Positions 11,911 to 25,402 are shown, counted from the stretch's first letter. The stretch: 64,000 bases of DNA from Eledone cirrhosa (GCA_964016885.1 OZ024749.1:1612001-1676000), one strand, 5' to 3'. Numbers and translations are program-made. The notes: generated from the sequence alone by a model not told the origin.

Positions 11911-14900
11911 TGTTCCACTAATACTCATTATTTGCATTTTGGCAATTACTAACAATTGAAGGATTCAATGTGTTATTGTTTGTCTATTTCACTGTATGTA
12001 TAATTAATGCTTTATATGCATATTTGAGCCAAGATTAGTGGATCAACTAGTGTGATGACAGGAGAGATGTGTTTGAGCCAAGATCAGTGGAATAACTAGT
12101 GTGATGACCTTACCTATGATATGTAAAAATGTAATAATGTCAATGTAGCATCTTGCAGTAGTCATTGGATGTTTGGTGATTATAAAAGGTTAAGATGTAT
12201 CTTGTGGGATTTATCTCATCTGTTGTTATTTTGTTTGTTTCTTTGTTTTCTTTTTTATTATTCTATACTTGTCGTGAATATTTAACCCCAGGCCAACCAT
12301 GATCAGGATGCTCTGTGATCAAATGAATTCTAGCAAGTGATCATCACAATCTTGTTTTCAGATATAAAATACATCTGACAACATTATCCAATGTGTATCC
12401 ATTATTAGCAGAAAGGGCGGTGGATTGGCAGTATCGGTAGAGGGTCGGACGCCATGCTTTCCAGCATAGTTACGTCCCTTTACGATCTGAGTTCAAATCC
12501 CGCCGAGGTTAACTTTGCCTTTCATCCTTACGGGGTCGATAAATTAAAGTACCAGTAATGCACTGGGTAATTGCTGGCCTTGTGCCTAAAGTAGAAACAA
12601 TTATTAATGGAATAGAAGTATCGGTAAAGGGTCGGACGCCATGCTTTGCAGCAAAGAGTTATGGCCCTTTATGGTCTGAGTTCAAATCCCGCCGAGGTTA
12701 ACTTTGCCTTTCATTCATACGGGGTCGATAAAATAAAGTACCAGTAATACACTGGATAATTGCTGGCCTTGTGCCTAAAGTAGAAACAATTATTAATTTT
12801 GAAGATGGTAGGTCAAGCAATGCTATTATACGTGTTCTTTAGCCCTGAGTTATTACAACAGTGAAGTCCACTAAAGCCAGCCTTGTGTGTGTGTGAGTAC
12901 ACACGCACACAACTATGTATATATATCTACAGATGTTATGTAATACACACACATGTATATCTATATACATAGCAACAGTGAGTGTATATGTATCGAAACA
13001 GACAACTACCTTGACCTATATGTAAATATATAATTGATAATCCCAACACATTATAATTGGCTAAAAACAAACATATTAGAAGCCATTGGATCAATTATTG
13101 ATTATGTGTTAAATGACAACTGATCCATCAGTTTGTAGGATAGCTGTGTGTTGGTGGCGTGGAGTGGTGGTGGGGAGTGGAGTTGGTAAATGGTGGTGGT
13201 GGTGGGGAGCTGAGTTGGTAAATGGTGGTGGTGGTGGTGGCAGTAATAGTGAGAGGTGTGCCAATATGTTCTTGTGGTCCAAGTTGCTAGAATAACATTT
13301 ACACATCTTCAGAAACAGCCTTTATTTTGTTGGTTGATTAGAATCAGTGTCGGACATCACGCTTTGCAGTATATAGTTACATCCCTTTACGTTCTGAGTT
13401 CAAATCCGGCTGGGGTTAACTTTGTCTTTCATCCTTACGGGGTCAATACAATAAAGTACCAGTAATGCATTGGGGTTGATTTAATTGACTTTCTTCAAAT
13501 TGCTGGCCTTGTGCCTAAAGTAGAAACAGTTGTTGTTGTAGTAGTTGTTGTTATAATTGTTTCTACTTTCGGCACAAGGCCAGCAATTACCCCAGTGCAT
13601 TACCGGTACTTTATTTTATCAACCCTGTAAGGATGAAAGGCAAAGTTAACCTCGATGGGATTTGAACTCAGGACTTAAAGGGTCACAACTCTATGCTGCA
13701 AAGCATGGTGTCTGATGCTCTACTGATACTGCCAAACCACCGATTGATTTAATTGACTTTCTCCTTTCCTTCAAATTGCTGGCCTTGTGCCTAAAGTGGA
13801 AACAGTTGTTGTTAATAAAGGAAAATAAACTGAAATACCATTTCCTGATGGCTGCCAACTTTGATTACATTTGGTTTTGTTGATTGAAATGATGTAAAAC
13901 TCGTTCAAATCAATGTTTATTGAATGGCAGAATTAGTGGAGCATCAAATATAAACATTGTGTCTTGTATTTAGTAACAGCCATTTGTGTTGTGCCACCCT
14001 GCCATCCTAAAAAAATATTTAAAAATCTCTCATGCAGATCGCTCATGTCAGGTGTTTTTCATCTCCAATCTTTTGTTGATAATCAACACAACTTCTTTCA
14101 CCTTTCCTATCTATCTGTCTATGCACCCAACTTACCTTTTTTCTTTATGCCTCCAATGCACTCTGTAATATGGTAATGCAGGTGCTACAATAAAATTCAC
14201 CCAGTCCACCCTGTGAGGTGGTAGTCCTGGTGCCATGATAAAAAGGCACCCAGTCCACCCTGTGTGGTAGTAGTTGTGCCATGAGAAAACATGCTCGGTA
14301 CATATAAAGTAATTGGCATTAGGAAGGGCATACAGCCATAGAAACCCTGTCAAAATATGACCAATCTCAGTGCATGTAAAACAGATGTAAAACATCAATG
14401 ATGATGATGTGAATTTGCAGTATTTGTTGCGACTCTGCACTTCAAAACACACCATGGTCAACTTTGCCTTTCGTCCTTTTGTGGAACATAAAACAATATC
14501 AGTCACGTACTGGGGTCAATTCTTCCTCTACATCTCTCTCTCTCCTCGAAATAGACTGTGATCAAACCAAGAGAAGGGATGAGCTCTGCCAGTGTCACTA
14601 CAATAGGCTATGTAGCCTGTAAACCCTAAAGGAGCGCAACACCCACATCGCTACAGTGTTTCACCAGCCTCTTCCTTCCTCGGTCATTCATAGATGTGTG
14701 TGTAGGTAATAATTATTTTGTATAATGTGTCTATTTATGAATATGTATGAGTAGATGTGTGTGTATGTGTAGGTTTTCACTTTTGCTTATGTATTTACGT
14801 GTAGATGTATGTATGTGTGGGTTTTCACATCTGTTGTCTGTATCTGTTTATATAGATGTGTGTGTATGTAACTAAAGTGTAACGTATGTTACGAATGGAC

Positions 14901-15058
14901 GACTAAATGATTTTAACTTGATTTTTAACAATTGATGGTGGAAAAAATTTCAAATTGCCTTAACTCACACCGTAAAAGGCCGCAACTCATCGTGTCTGAC
15001 ACTCGTACCGGCTACATAACCTCTTCCGTTATTAGATATTTCTCTGTTTTATTTTTAG

Positions 15059-15135
15059 GTTTGAAGAAGGAAGTGGTTAGTTACAAATCCTCAAAATCCA
15101 ACCATGGCAATTCTGCTGAAAATAAAGATTTCAAG
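15059..15135 (+). CDS. Internal exon of host gene (phase 1-0)
   Basis: tctctgttttatttttag|GT TTG AAG...GAT TTC AAG|gtagga. Open frame xLKKEVVSYKSSKSNHGNSAENKDFK. The phase 0 end joins exon 23064. Confidence 0.65.
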
Positions 15136-15164
15136 GTAGGATATATACATTCTTTTAGTCTTCT

Positions 15165-15482
15165 TCTGGTTTCAGCCACCTGACTGTGGCCATGCTGGGG
15201 CATTTTAGTGTTTCAGTCTCTGGATGTGGCCATGCCAGGGCACATTACTGGTTTCAGCCATTTGACTGTGACCATGCTGAGGCACATTACTGGTTTCAGC
15301 CATTTGACTGTGACCATGCTGGGGCACTGCCTTAATTTTACTGTTTTCATCATTAGAATGTGACCATGCTGGGGTACCAGACGTTTTTACTGGTTTCAGT
15401 CATTTGAATGTGGCCAAGCTGGGGCACCACACTGTTATACTGGTTTGTTATTATACTGTGGCCATGATGGGGCACTGCCTTG
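15165..15482. repeat. Tandem degenerate copies of a ~42-bp unit TACTGGTTTCAGCCATTTGACTGTGGCCATGCTGGGGCAC (probable SINE-tail derivative)
   Basis: About 7 copies starting ~30 nt after the exon 15135 donor; single copy at ~10160. Confidence 0.75.
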
Positions 15483-15565
15483 ATTTGAAAATCCTGCTAA
15501 ATTATGGGACATAAAAACACTCACACACACATGTATATATATTTAATACTCATTTTTTTCCATTG

Positions 15566-15694
15566 AGGGTTCTAAACTCCACTGTCAGAGGGTTCTAAAC
15601 CCCACTATCAGAGGGTTCTAAACCCCACTGTCAGAGGGTTCTAAAGCCCACTGTCTAAGGGTTCTAAACCCCACTATCAGAGGGTTCTAAAGCC
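15566..15694. repeat. 23-bp minisatellite GAGGGTTCTAAACCCCACTRTCA, ~5.5 copies
   Basis: Visible directly; its flank is shared with the dispersed repeat at 40050-40170. Confidence 0.85.
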
Positions 15695-15814
15695 CATCAG
15701 GCTAAACATTTCTTAAGTAAAAAAAATATGGCGAAAGCTTCTATTTTCTATTTGAAACTCGCTCGCTGTTTCAAAAAAACTTATTTGTTATATGTATGTA
15801 TGTGTGTATGTATG

Positions 15815-16936
15815 TTCTTCTGGAATACCTTGAGGAGAAGAATATGGAAGTTGAAGGACCCCACAGCCAGTGACACATTTAAAAGCTTATTACTTGATGC
15901 CTTTGACAATAAGGAAGAGCAATTAGAGACGTACAATATAGAGGAACAGTGGGAATTCTTGAAAGTGAACCTGCTGAAAGCAATGGATGAAATCTGTGGC
16001 TAGAGCAGACCTATAGGCAGGAGGAGAGTAACTTGGTGGTGGAACAGTAAGGTGGAGGAGTCAATCAAGGCCAAAAAGCAGGCTTGAAAAGTATGGCAGG
16101 ATGGAGGAAGTAGGGAACACTATCAAGTGGCCAGGAGAGAAGCTAGGAGACAAGTGTACCTTGCAAAAAGGGAAGCAGAGGATAGAAAGTTTAAGCATGT
16201 TCTACAACGCGAGGGCCAAAATCGTGAGGTGTTCAGGACTGCTAGACAATGTGTCAAGGAAAACCGTGATATTGTCGGGGAGAAGTGTGTCCGTAATGAT
16301 AACGGTGTACTTGCCCTCACTGACGCTGATAAGAAGATAACTTGGAAGTATCATTACAAGAGATTATTAAATGAGGAGAATAAATGGGAAAAAGATAGTC
16401 TGCCCCAAATCGATCCAATAGAAAGACCAGCGGTGCAAGTTAAAGGTAGTATAATAAGTAAGGCAATCAAAGATATGAAGACAGGCAAGGCAGCTGGGCT
16501 TTCGGAGATAGTTGCTGAGATGTTGAAGGTATCTGGAATGGTGAGACATACTATGGTCACCCGTATAGTTAACCAAGTAATACAGAATGGGGGTCATACC
16601 AAAAGACTGGCGTAGCAGCATCATCATTAACTGCTACAAGGGTAAAGGGGATGCTTTAGATCGGGGAAACTATAGACGCATTAAGTTAGTTGACCAGGTC
16701 ATGAAGGTCACAGAAAGAGTTATAGCGCAACTAATCAGAGAGCGAATTGATCTAGATGAAATGCAGTTTGGGTTTGTGTCAGGTAAAAGTACCACAGACA
16801 CTCTTTTCCTTGTACAACAACTACAGGAGAAGTACCGAGCTAAAAGTAAACCCCTCTACTTAACTTTTGTAGACCTGAAGAAAGCCTTTGACAGAGTCCC
16901 CCACTCCATTATCTGGTGGGCTCTTAGAAAACTTAG
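15815..16936 (+). mobile_element. RTE LINE linker and RT N-terminal half
   Basis: IPKDWRSSIIINCYKGKGDALDRGNYRRIKL...MQFGFVSGKSTTD...FVDLKKAFDRVP; stops and frameshifts present. Confidence 0.9.
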
Positions 16937-17032
16937 ATCTACCAACTCATAATATTATAATATTATAAAATTAAATCAAAAAATTTTTTAACACTACAAG
17001 TGAACTCATTCTTTTCCTTTTTTTCAAATATA

Positions 17033-17992
17033 TCATCATCATCATTTTACGTCCGCTTTTCCCTGCTTGCAAGGGTGGGACGGGTCTTATTCAGCACAGC
17101 ATCTCTCCACTCGTCACGGTCCCTTGTCATCTCCACCGAGAGCTTCAATGATCTGAGGTCTGTTCTCACCACCTCCGCCCATGTTTTTCGTGGTCTACCT
17201 CTACCACGTCTTCCTTCAACTGGCAATTTCTGGCACTTCTTCACCCATCGTTCATCCTCCATGCGCATCACATGTCCATACCACCTCAGTCTCCTCTCCC
17301 GTACACTACATTCTATCCCTCTCAGACACAGTTTCTCTCTCAACACATTTACACTGCACATCCAACGGAGCATGCTTGCCTCATTTCTCTCCAGCCGTCG
17401 CATATCCTCTGCAGTTGCTGCCCATGTCTCACTACCATGCAGCATCGCGCTCCTCACACAGGCATCATACAACCGGCCTTTCGTACGCAGGGAGAAACCC
17501 TTCTTCGTCAACAGAGGAAGCAGCTCCCTAAACTTCTTCCAACCCGTCCTTATTCTAGATACTATGGCCTCGGAACACCCTCCTCCCATGCTAATCTGAT
17601 CTCCTAGGTACCGGAAGCTATCCACCAGTTCTATAGCACCCTCTTGCATTTGAAAAATGTGTCTATCAGTGCGACTTCTACTGTCTAATTTCCCTGTACA
17701 TCTACTGCATACATATTTCTCCCTACCTGTTAGTTTTCCTGCTATCCCGCTACATCTCTTGTGTACCCAGGATCTGCATTGTGTGCATTTTATAGAATTT
17801 ATGCCAGTTCCTTTTCTGCATATCGAACATGACCATTTTCCTGACGGAATCAGAGTTTTGTCCTCTTTGCTACTCATCAACACTTTTGTCTTAGCTAGAT
17901 TTACTCTCAGTCCTCTTGCTTCCAACTGCTGTTTCCATAGCCAGAATTTATTCTCTAGCTCCTCTACTGATTCTGCTATAAGAACCAGATCG
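17033..17992 (-). mobile_element. RTE LINE family B, C-terminal half with intact frame and Cys-rich insert; ORF stop lies in the tail
   Basis: DLVLIAES...CSICRKG...[11 protein letters not shown]...FRYLG...LRWYGHV...GRGRPRKTW...[13 protein letters not shown]. Confidence 0.92.
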
Positions 17993-18018
17993 TATGTATA
18001 TATATATATATATGTATG

Positions 18019-18051
<33 letters not shown>

Positions 18052-18056
18052 GCATG

Positions 18057-18089
<33 letters not shown>

Positions 18090-18090
18090 G

Positions 18091-18127
<37 letters not shown>

Positions 18128-18166
18128 ATGTATATATATGTATGTATATGTATATATATATATATG

Positions 18167-18457
18167 CATCATCATCATCATCATCATTTTACGTCCGCTT
18201 TTCCCTGCTTGCAAGGGTGGGACGGGTCTTATTCAGCACAGCATCTCCCCACTCGTCACGGTCCCTCGTCATCTCCACCGTGAGCTTCAATGATCTGAGG
18301 TCTGTTCTCACCACCTCCGCCCATGTTTTTCGTGATCTACCTCTACCACATCTTCCTTCAACTGGCATTTCCTGGCACTTCTTCACCCATCGGTCATCCT
18401 CCATGCGCATCACATGTCCATACCACCCCAGTCTCCTCTCCCGTACACTACATTCTG
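18167..18457 (-). mobile_element. RTE family B 3' fragment (second copy); a third copy lies at ~43165-43400 (+)
   Basis: Near-identical to 17033-17315. Confidence 0.88.
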
Positions 18458-18651
18458 TATGTATATATATGTGTATATATATATATGTATATATATATCT
18501 GTATATATATATATCTGTATATATATATATATGTATATATATATCTGTATATATATATATATATGTATGTATATATATATATATGTATGTATATATATAT
18601 ATATATGTGTATATATATATGTGTATATATATATGTGTATATATATATGTG

Positions 18652-18698
<47 letters not shown>

Positions 18699-19389
18699 AT
18701 ATGTATGTATGTATATATATATGTATGTATATATATATGTATGTATATATATATGTATGTATATATGTATGTATGTATATATATATGTATGTATATATAT
18801 ATGTATGTATATATATATGTATGTATATATATATGTATGTATATATATATGTATGTATATATATATGTATGTATATATATATGTATGTATGTATATATGT
18901 ATGTATGTATATATGTATGTATGTATATATATATATGTATATTGTTATACTTTGGGAGGGTCATGTTGCCAATAAGAAACACACGCACCAGTTGCTTTCA
19001 CTTCAATTTATTATATATTTATAAATTTACAAATTTACAAACCCTCACAAAGTATAACAATATCGGTTTCAACACACGATTTCAGATAAAGAATCTTGCT
19101 AAACAAATTCAGAAACGAAATATATATGTATATATATATATATATATATGTATGTATATATATATATATGTATGTATATATATATATTGTTATACTTTGG
19201 GAGGGTCATGTTGCCAAAGTATAACAATATCGGTTTCAACACACGATTTCAGATAAAGAATCTTGCTAAACAAATTCAGAAACGAAATATATATATATAT
19301 ATGTATGTATATATATATATATGTATGTATATATATATATATATGTATGTATATATATATATATATGTATGTATATATATATATGTATG

Positions 19390-19424
<35 letters not shown>

Positions 19425-19469
19425 GTATGTATATATATATATGTATGTATATATATATATATATGTATG

Positions 19470-19500
<31 letters not shown>

Positions 19501-19535
19501 ATATATATATATATGTATGTATATATATATGTATG

Positions 19536-19566
<31 letters not shown>

Positions 19567-19794
19567 GTATATATATATATATATGTATATATGTAGATAA
19601 ATCTACCAAGAGTTTACGGTAGTGTCCAATCCGTATGAAGAACTCAATGTATTCCGGATATCATGGAAAGAAGAGATGTAATGAAAAATCACTTTCGGTG
19701 AAAGATAAACGGTATACAGAGTCAAGATAAAATATTAAACAAATAATGAATAAAACAATGAAACAGTTCCTTATATTAAACAAAAAAAGTTCAT

Positions 19795-19939
19795 TATTTA
19801 ACGATCGTTTCTAGGATATATATGTGTTAGAATTGGCATGCATATTCAACAGATCTATGTACAAAATTATACAAAATTATACAAACTATCAAGATTAAAT
19901 ATACATACCAAACACACATATACGCCGTCTTCAGAAATA
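19795..19939 (-). ncRNA. Type I hammerhead ribozyme motif with a long stem II loop
   Basis: TATTT-CTGAAGA-cGGCGTATATGTGT...ACACATATATATCCta-GAAAC-GATC-GTT-AAATA. Confidence 0.65.
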
Positions 19940-20324
19940 TATATATATATATATGTATGTATATATATATATGTATGTATATATATATATGTATGTATAT
20001 ATATATATGTATGTATATATATATATGTATGTATATATATATATGTATGTATATATATATATGTATGTATATATATATATATATGTATGTATATATATAT
20101 ATATATGTATGTATATATATATATATGTATGTGTGTATATATATATGTATGTGTGTATATGTATATGTATGTATGTATATGTATATGTATGTATATATAT
20201 GTATATGTATGTATATGTATATACATACATACATACATACATACATATACTATCCAGGAAGCTCCAACCGTTAAGGTTATCTTTTTTTCCGGGTATGTCA
20301 ATATTTATTTATAAAACAAATCTC

Positions 20325-20387
20325 TATTTTATCTGATGAAAGCGCACCATAATTTGCCTTGGTTGCTCTTGAAATATAACATAAATA
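20325..20387 (+). ncRNA. Degenerate hammerhead motif related to the 31867 copy
   Basis: TATTTTAT-CTGATGA-AAGCGCACCA...TGGTTGCTCTT-GAAATATAAC-ATAAATA; the cleavage triplet is altered. Confidence 0.45.
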
Positions 20388-20421
20388 TGGTTTTATAAAT
20401 ATAGTTTCCATTTATTAATAT

Positions 20422-20467
<46 letters not shown>

Positions 20468-21132
20468 AGTGTGTGTGTGTGCATGTATGTATATAGACAG
20501 CAGGTTTCTCCAGTTCTACCAAATTCCACTAAAGGCACCAGTCAACGCAAGGCTACAGTGGAAGACACGCAAAGGTGTCAAATAGTAGGACTGAAGTCCC
20601 ACATGGCAGTAGTCAACCTGAGACTACAGTAGAAGTCACGCCGTGTGTCACAGCAGGACTAAACACAGAACCTCGTGCTTCTGGAATGAACTCCTTAACT
20701 ATCTCCGGTCTAATGTAATACTAGTCCACCCCTCACCTGTTGGCTCCGGTTTAATGTGATGTAATACTAGTCCACCCCTCTCTCTGTTAGTCATTCTTTG
20801 TCACATGGGTCTACCTTTCTAAGGAAATGTTGTCACATGTTTATAACACTGTTATATATTGTGAAGGGGTTTGGGGTGGCCATGACAGTAGGTATAAAAG
20901 GTCTAATGTCAGGAAACACATACAGCTGTAAATACTGCAGTTTGGTATGTACTGCTTTATATCTTATAAATGATACTTATTCGCAGCACAGAGATATGGC
21001 CCTTTATGTTCTGAGTTCAAATCCTGCTGAGGTTAACTTTGCCTATCATCCTTACGGGGTCGATAAAATAAAGTACCAGTAATGCGCTGGTGTTGACTTT
21101 CCCTCTCCTAATTTGGTGGCCTTGTGCCTAAA

Positions 21133-22880
21133 TCAGTGGTCAGAGTGAATGGTCACCTCTTGTAACCGTTCAACATGATGCGCTCGGACCGCCAAGGCTG
21201 TCCCATCCCATCTCTGTTGTATGTATTGAATCTCGAGCCACAACTACACAAATTAGAGACATTGAGGGGCATCCCGCGGCAACTAGAATATGGAAGATCT
21301 GTGTCGGCTTATGCCGATGTCACAGTCGTAGTATCGAACACCAAACATATTAAGGTGATCGGCACTGCTCTGAAGGAATAAACCAGGAAAAGTCCATGGG
21401 ACTACAACTTGGCACATAGAATAGCAGGTTCATGCTGTCCAACAGTGTTGTCAGACACTGCATGGACGGGCTGGTTAAATTGCTAGGGGTCTGGTTTGGT
21501 CCCGACCTCCAGATAGACAGGGTGATGAACAGAGCGGCCAATCTCACTCAGAAATGGTCCGAGAGAAAGCTGTTCCTGAAAGGTAGGGCAGAGGTGGCAA
21601 ACTCGTATATCCTGTCCGTCATCTACTACCGCCTGACTGTCGTGTCTTGACCCCAACCCCGTCTGACTGCACTGGAATATTTCCTCTTCCATTTGTGGAA
21701 GAGACACGTTCCGATGGTCCAGCGGTCCATCTGCTGTCAACACCCACTGCGTGGAGGACTGGGAATGTCATGGCTAAAGATGCACAGACATACGCTGAGG
21801 CTATGACATCTCCATCTTTTCCTTAACGCTGAACAGGTGTGGTCGCCATTCACCAGATGCATGTTCCCCCAGCTCATAGCCTTAATGGAACTGCAGTCCT
21901 GGGTGAAGCAGAGGGAGCGCTTGGAAAATGGAATGTCTTTAGTCACTTACAACCAACCCTCCACCAGTCAGGCAATATGATCAGTGGAAACTCCATCTTG
22001 GCGTTCTATAGAGGGTTAGTGGGAGATAAAAGCGACAACGTTCTTGGGAAAACTCTAAACATCAATGAAAATCAACTATCCACTTTTTTGGGGAGGACTT
22101 ACGGTCCAGGGCCCATGGATAATTTCTAAAAATCCCTGGCATGGCAGTGCTACTAAGGATCATTGCCATTTTGAGATAAACTCTACAGGCATGGATGTGC
22201 CGTTAGCCATGCCTGTCCGATATACGAGCAGGGTGACGAAACCATCCCGCACACCCTCGTTTAGTGTCCAAGAATTGCTGACTTGTGGGTTTATGTTGAA
22301 CATATGTGTAGGACAAATCCTGTTATCAACCGAATCCATTGAGAAGATTGTCCCGCCACCTTTTTTTAGTCAAGAAAGGCAGGTATTTTATCTGTCTTGG
22401 GGATATGGCAAAAGAGGTTGTATTGTGGACACGCCTGAAAGGTTTGAAGATGAGCACTTTGCTCTTTGGTGAAACCCTGATTAACTTCTTCCAGTTTCAC
22501 TTGAAGAGGAAAATCAGGGTGGAAAGGGAATTGCTGCCTTCAAAGCAATTTGTTGAAAGGTGGGTGAGAAAGGCAAGCATGGCTTGAGTGAATGGGCCCC
22601 TCTGAGTGTGAACCAGTAGATTGGAAAAGAGTTGGGACAGGCACTTACCCTAGAGATCAGGACACCTATTGTTTTATGTTTGTTTTTTTTTTCCATGAGC
22701 GACCCTTGAATGCCTCCTATTGAGGAACCTCCTTTGTTTCAATTTTGTTATATTCCATTTTTTAATATTGCTAAAATTTGTTTACACGCAAAACCCACAC
22801 ACATATACACACAATCAATGTTTTCGTCCTGTACTGTCATAATGTCTTTCTTGATGTAAACTCTTTGTGGTTAATAAAGT
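21133..22880 (+). mobile_element. Decayed Tx1/L1-clade LINE, RT to 3' end
   Basis: RQGCPIPSLLYVLNLEP, SAYAD-TVVV, VKLLGVWFG, WSERKLFLKGRAEVANSYILSVIYY; many stops; ends near AATAAA. Confidence 0.8.
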
Positions 22881-23063
22881 AATGGTAGAGGGTTGGACGC
22901 TATGCTTTGCACCATAGAGTTACGGCCCTTTATGGTCTGAGGTTAGTTTTGCCTTTCATTCTTACGGGGTCAATAAAATAATGCACCAGTAATGCACAGG
23001 GGTAATTGCTGGCTTTGTGCCTAAAGTAGAAACAATTATTTGTTTTTTGTTATTTGTTATTAG

Positions 23064-23168
23064 GCTCTCCAAGAGCAGGTCCGAATGCTGGAAGACAACA
23101 AAGAAGAAATGAAGACGTCCTACAGTTCATTGGTTGCAGAGAAAAAAACCGTGTTAGCACAGTACCAG
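23064..23168 (+). CDS. Internal coiled-coil exon (105 nt, phase 0-0)
   Basis: tttgttattag|GCT CTC CAA...TAC CAG|gtaggt; ALQEQVRMLEDNKEEMKTSYSSLVAEKKTVLAQYQ, heptad-like. Confidence 0.85.
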
Positions 23169-23726
23169 GTAGGTTTGTGGTTTTGTCAGTATGTTGTGGA
23201 ATTGTTGAAAATGATGGGACCAGTTATGAATGTTGTGAAAAGGGTTGAGATGGTTGGGTCATGTGTTGGGAGGAGTGATGTATGTGTCTATATATATGGA
23301 GTAAACCGAGCAAAGACTAAAGTGTTGATAAGTAGGAAAGCGGGCAAGACTCTGATTTCATCAGGGAAATGGCCATGTTCAATATGTATTGGCAACCCAA
23401 TAATAGATTATTATTACTCTTATTCCATTTCTAATTACCTCATGTACTTTCTCCTCCGTTATATATATATTGTATGCCCTTTGTGTGTGTGTAGCCTCTG
23501 CGCACCCTCTGCACCCTACTATCGATGCCACCCCATCTATGGCTCCACTAACCACTCGACTCCCGGGAATGAATATGACCACAGCTAGTAAACAAGGACC
23601 CACACCCCACCCTCCCGCACCAAAATTAGACTTATCGTCCCCTGCTTTTGCTCTTTACTCTCTTTACCAACCAAACATTCAAGAACAAAGAGTAGAGTCC
23701 ATAACACCAATCAAACCCCTTTTATA

Positions 23727-23771
23727 GCTCTGACGAATCCTACGGTTACGTAAGGAAGAAACATTGTAAGC
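23727..23771 (+). ncRNA. Minimal type I hammerhead ribozyme with canonical core
   Basis: GCT-CTGACGA-aTCCTACG-GTTA-CGTAaGGAa-GAAAC-ATT-GTA-AGC, followed by AATAAA. Confidence 0.75.
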
Positions 23772-23951
23772 CAATAAAAATCTTTTGATGTTGTAGACGC
23801 TCTTGTGTTCTTTATCATATATACGGCTCTGCTCCAAAGCATAGAGCTAATTATTATGCTGCCAATACCTTAATGGGACACGGGTATACAATACCTAACT
23901 CCTATTAACCTAAGTATATTTATTTATATATATATATATATTTATTTATAT

Positions 23952-24190
23952 TTATTTCACATTGCTCCAGTTTACTCAGCAGTAGAAATGAGATGATAGG
24001 GACTGGGGTCCATATCATTCCACTGCAAAGTGGTCGTGGAGGTGCCACGGCAAAAAAGCACCCAGCACTCACTGTAAATGACGTTGGTGTTAGGAAGGGC
24101 ATCCAGCTGTAGAAATCAAGCCAAAATCAGTTCCCGTCCCACCCTTGCAAGCAGGGAAAAAGCGGACGTTAAATGAAATGATGATGATGA
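23952..24190 (+). mobile_element. 5'-truncated CORE-like SINE with RTE family B tail
   Basis: Matches 1805-2088 but lacks one internal repeat unit. Confidence 0.8.
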
Positions 24191-24230
24191 TATATATATA
24201 TATGTTTATTTATATATATATATATATATA

Positions 24231-24313
<83 letters not shown>

Positions 24314-24318
24314 TTATA

Positions 24319-25402
24319 TATATGAAATATAAGAATCAAAGAACTGTTCAAAACATTATTGTGCTTACAGCTGTTTCCTCCAAACCGAGGTTTGGATTCT
24401 TCGGAGCAATTTATTAATGCATGGACAGTTATATGACCTCCTTTTCAGCCGAGAGACATACCAATACATATTCAAACATTGATACATATTCAAACATTGT
24501 GGGTCAACATTCATTACAGAATTTAGAGTGGCAGTACACACTTCGAGATTACATTTATATTAATAGGTACAATCAAAAATCAAAGATATAGGTTAAAGTA
24601 CAACATGAAGATAAGTGGTTATATAGTGCAAATGTTATATGTGTGGCACGCATGTGCGTCTTGTTTATATAGTGTGGCAGAGAGATATGTGTGGTAGAGG
24701 CACTTAGGTAGGTAAATAAGAGTGTTAGGTTGGTAGATCTGGTGGCACTAAAGAACACCAGACTACGATCTCTAACCGGATTGTCGTGGATTATGTGAAA
24801 GGCATATAATCGAAATATACACTCCCTTGACCATGAAAATGCCGAAGTACATGAATTACTTGACATCCCTGCACTGTGCATCTCCAATACTTATAACACT
24901 TTTAATGCTTGCACTATCTTTAATGCTTATAATATTTCTCCACACACAGACTATATCAATCATATAAAGACTCTGCCACCAGATCTACCAACCTAACACT
25001 CTTATTTACCTACCTAAGTGCCTCTACCACACATATCTCTCTGCCACACTATATAAACAAGACGCACATGCGTGCCACACATATAACATTTGCACTATAT
25101 AACCACTTATCTTCATGTTGTACTTTAACCTATATCTTTGATTTTTGATTGTACCTATTAATATAAATGTAATCTCGAAGTGTGTACTGCCACTCTAAAT
25201 TCTGTAATGAATGTTGACCCACAATGTTTGAATATGTATCAATGTTTGAATATGTATTGGTATGTCTCTCGGCTGAAAAGGAGGTCATATAACTGTCCAT
25301 GCATTAATAAATTGCTCCGAAGAATCCAAACCTCGGTTTGGAGGAAACAGCTGTAAGCACAATAATGTTTTGAACAGTTCTTTGATTCTTATATTTCATA
25401 TA
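24319..25402. repeat. Long inverted repeat, 429-bp arms (24319-24747 / 24974-25402); PLE-type inverted pLTR
   Basis: The arms are reverse complements with no mismatch noticed by eye. Each carries a hammerhead motif. The left arm starts at a (TA)n tract. Confidence 0.92.
25313..25359 (+). ncRNA. Minimal type I hammerhead (U4C core variant); antisense copy at 24362-24408
   Basis: TGCT-CCGAAGA-aTCCAAACC-TC-GGTTTGGAg-GAAAC-AGCT-GTA-AGCA. Confidence 0.72.

Larger units (their letters stand above)
17993..20247. repeat. Cluster of compound (TA)n/(TATG)n microsatellite arrays
   Basis: Visible directly; produces spurious YI-rich ORFs. Confidence 0.95.

Noticed and set aside
12415-12606. tRNA-like A and B boxes
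   Set aside because: SINE head followed by a multi-copy core; no complete cloverleaf
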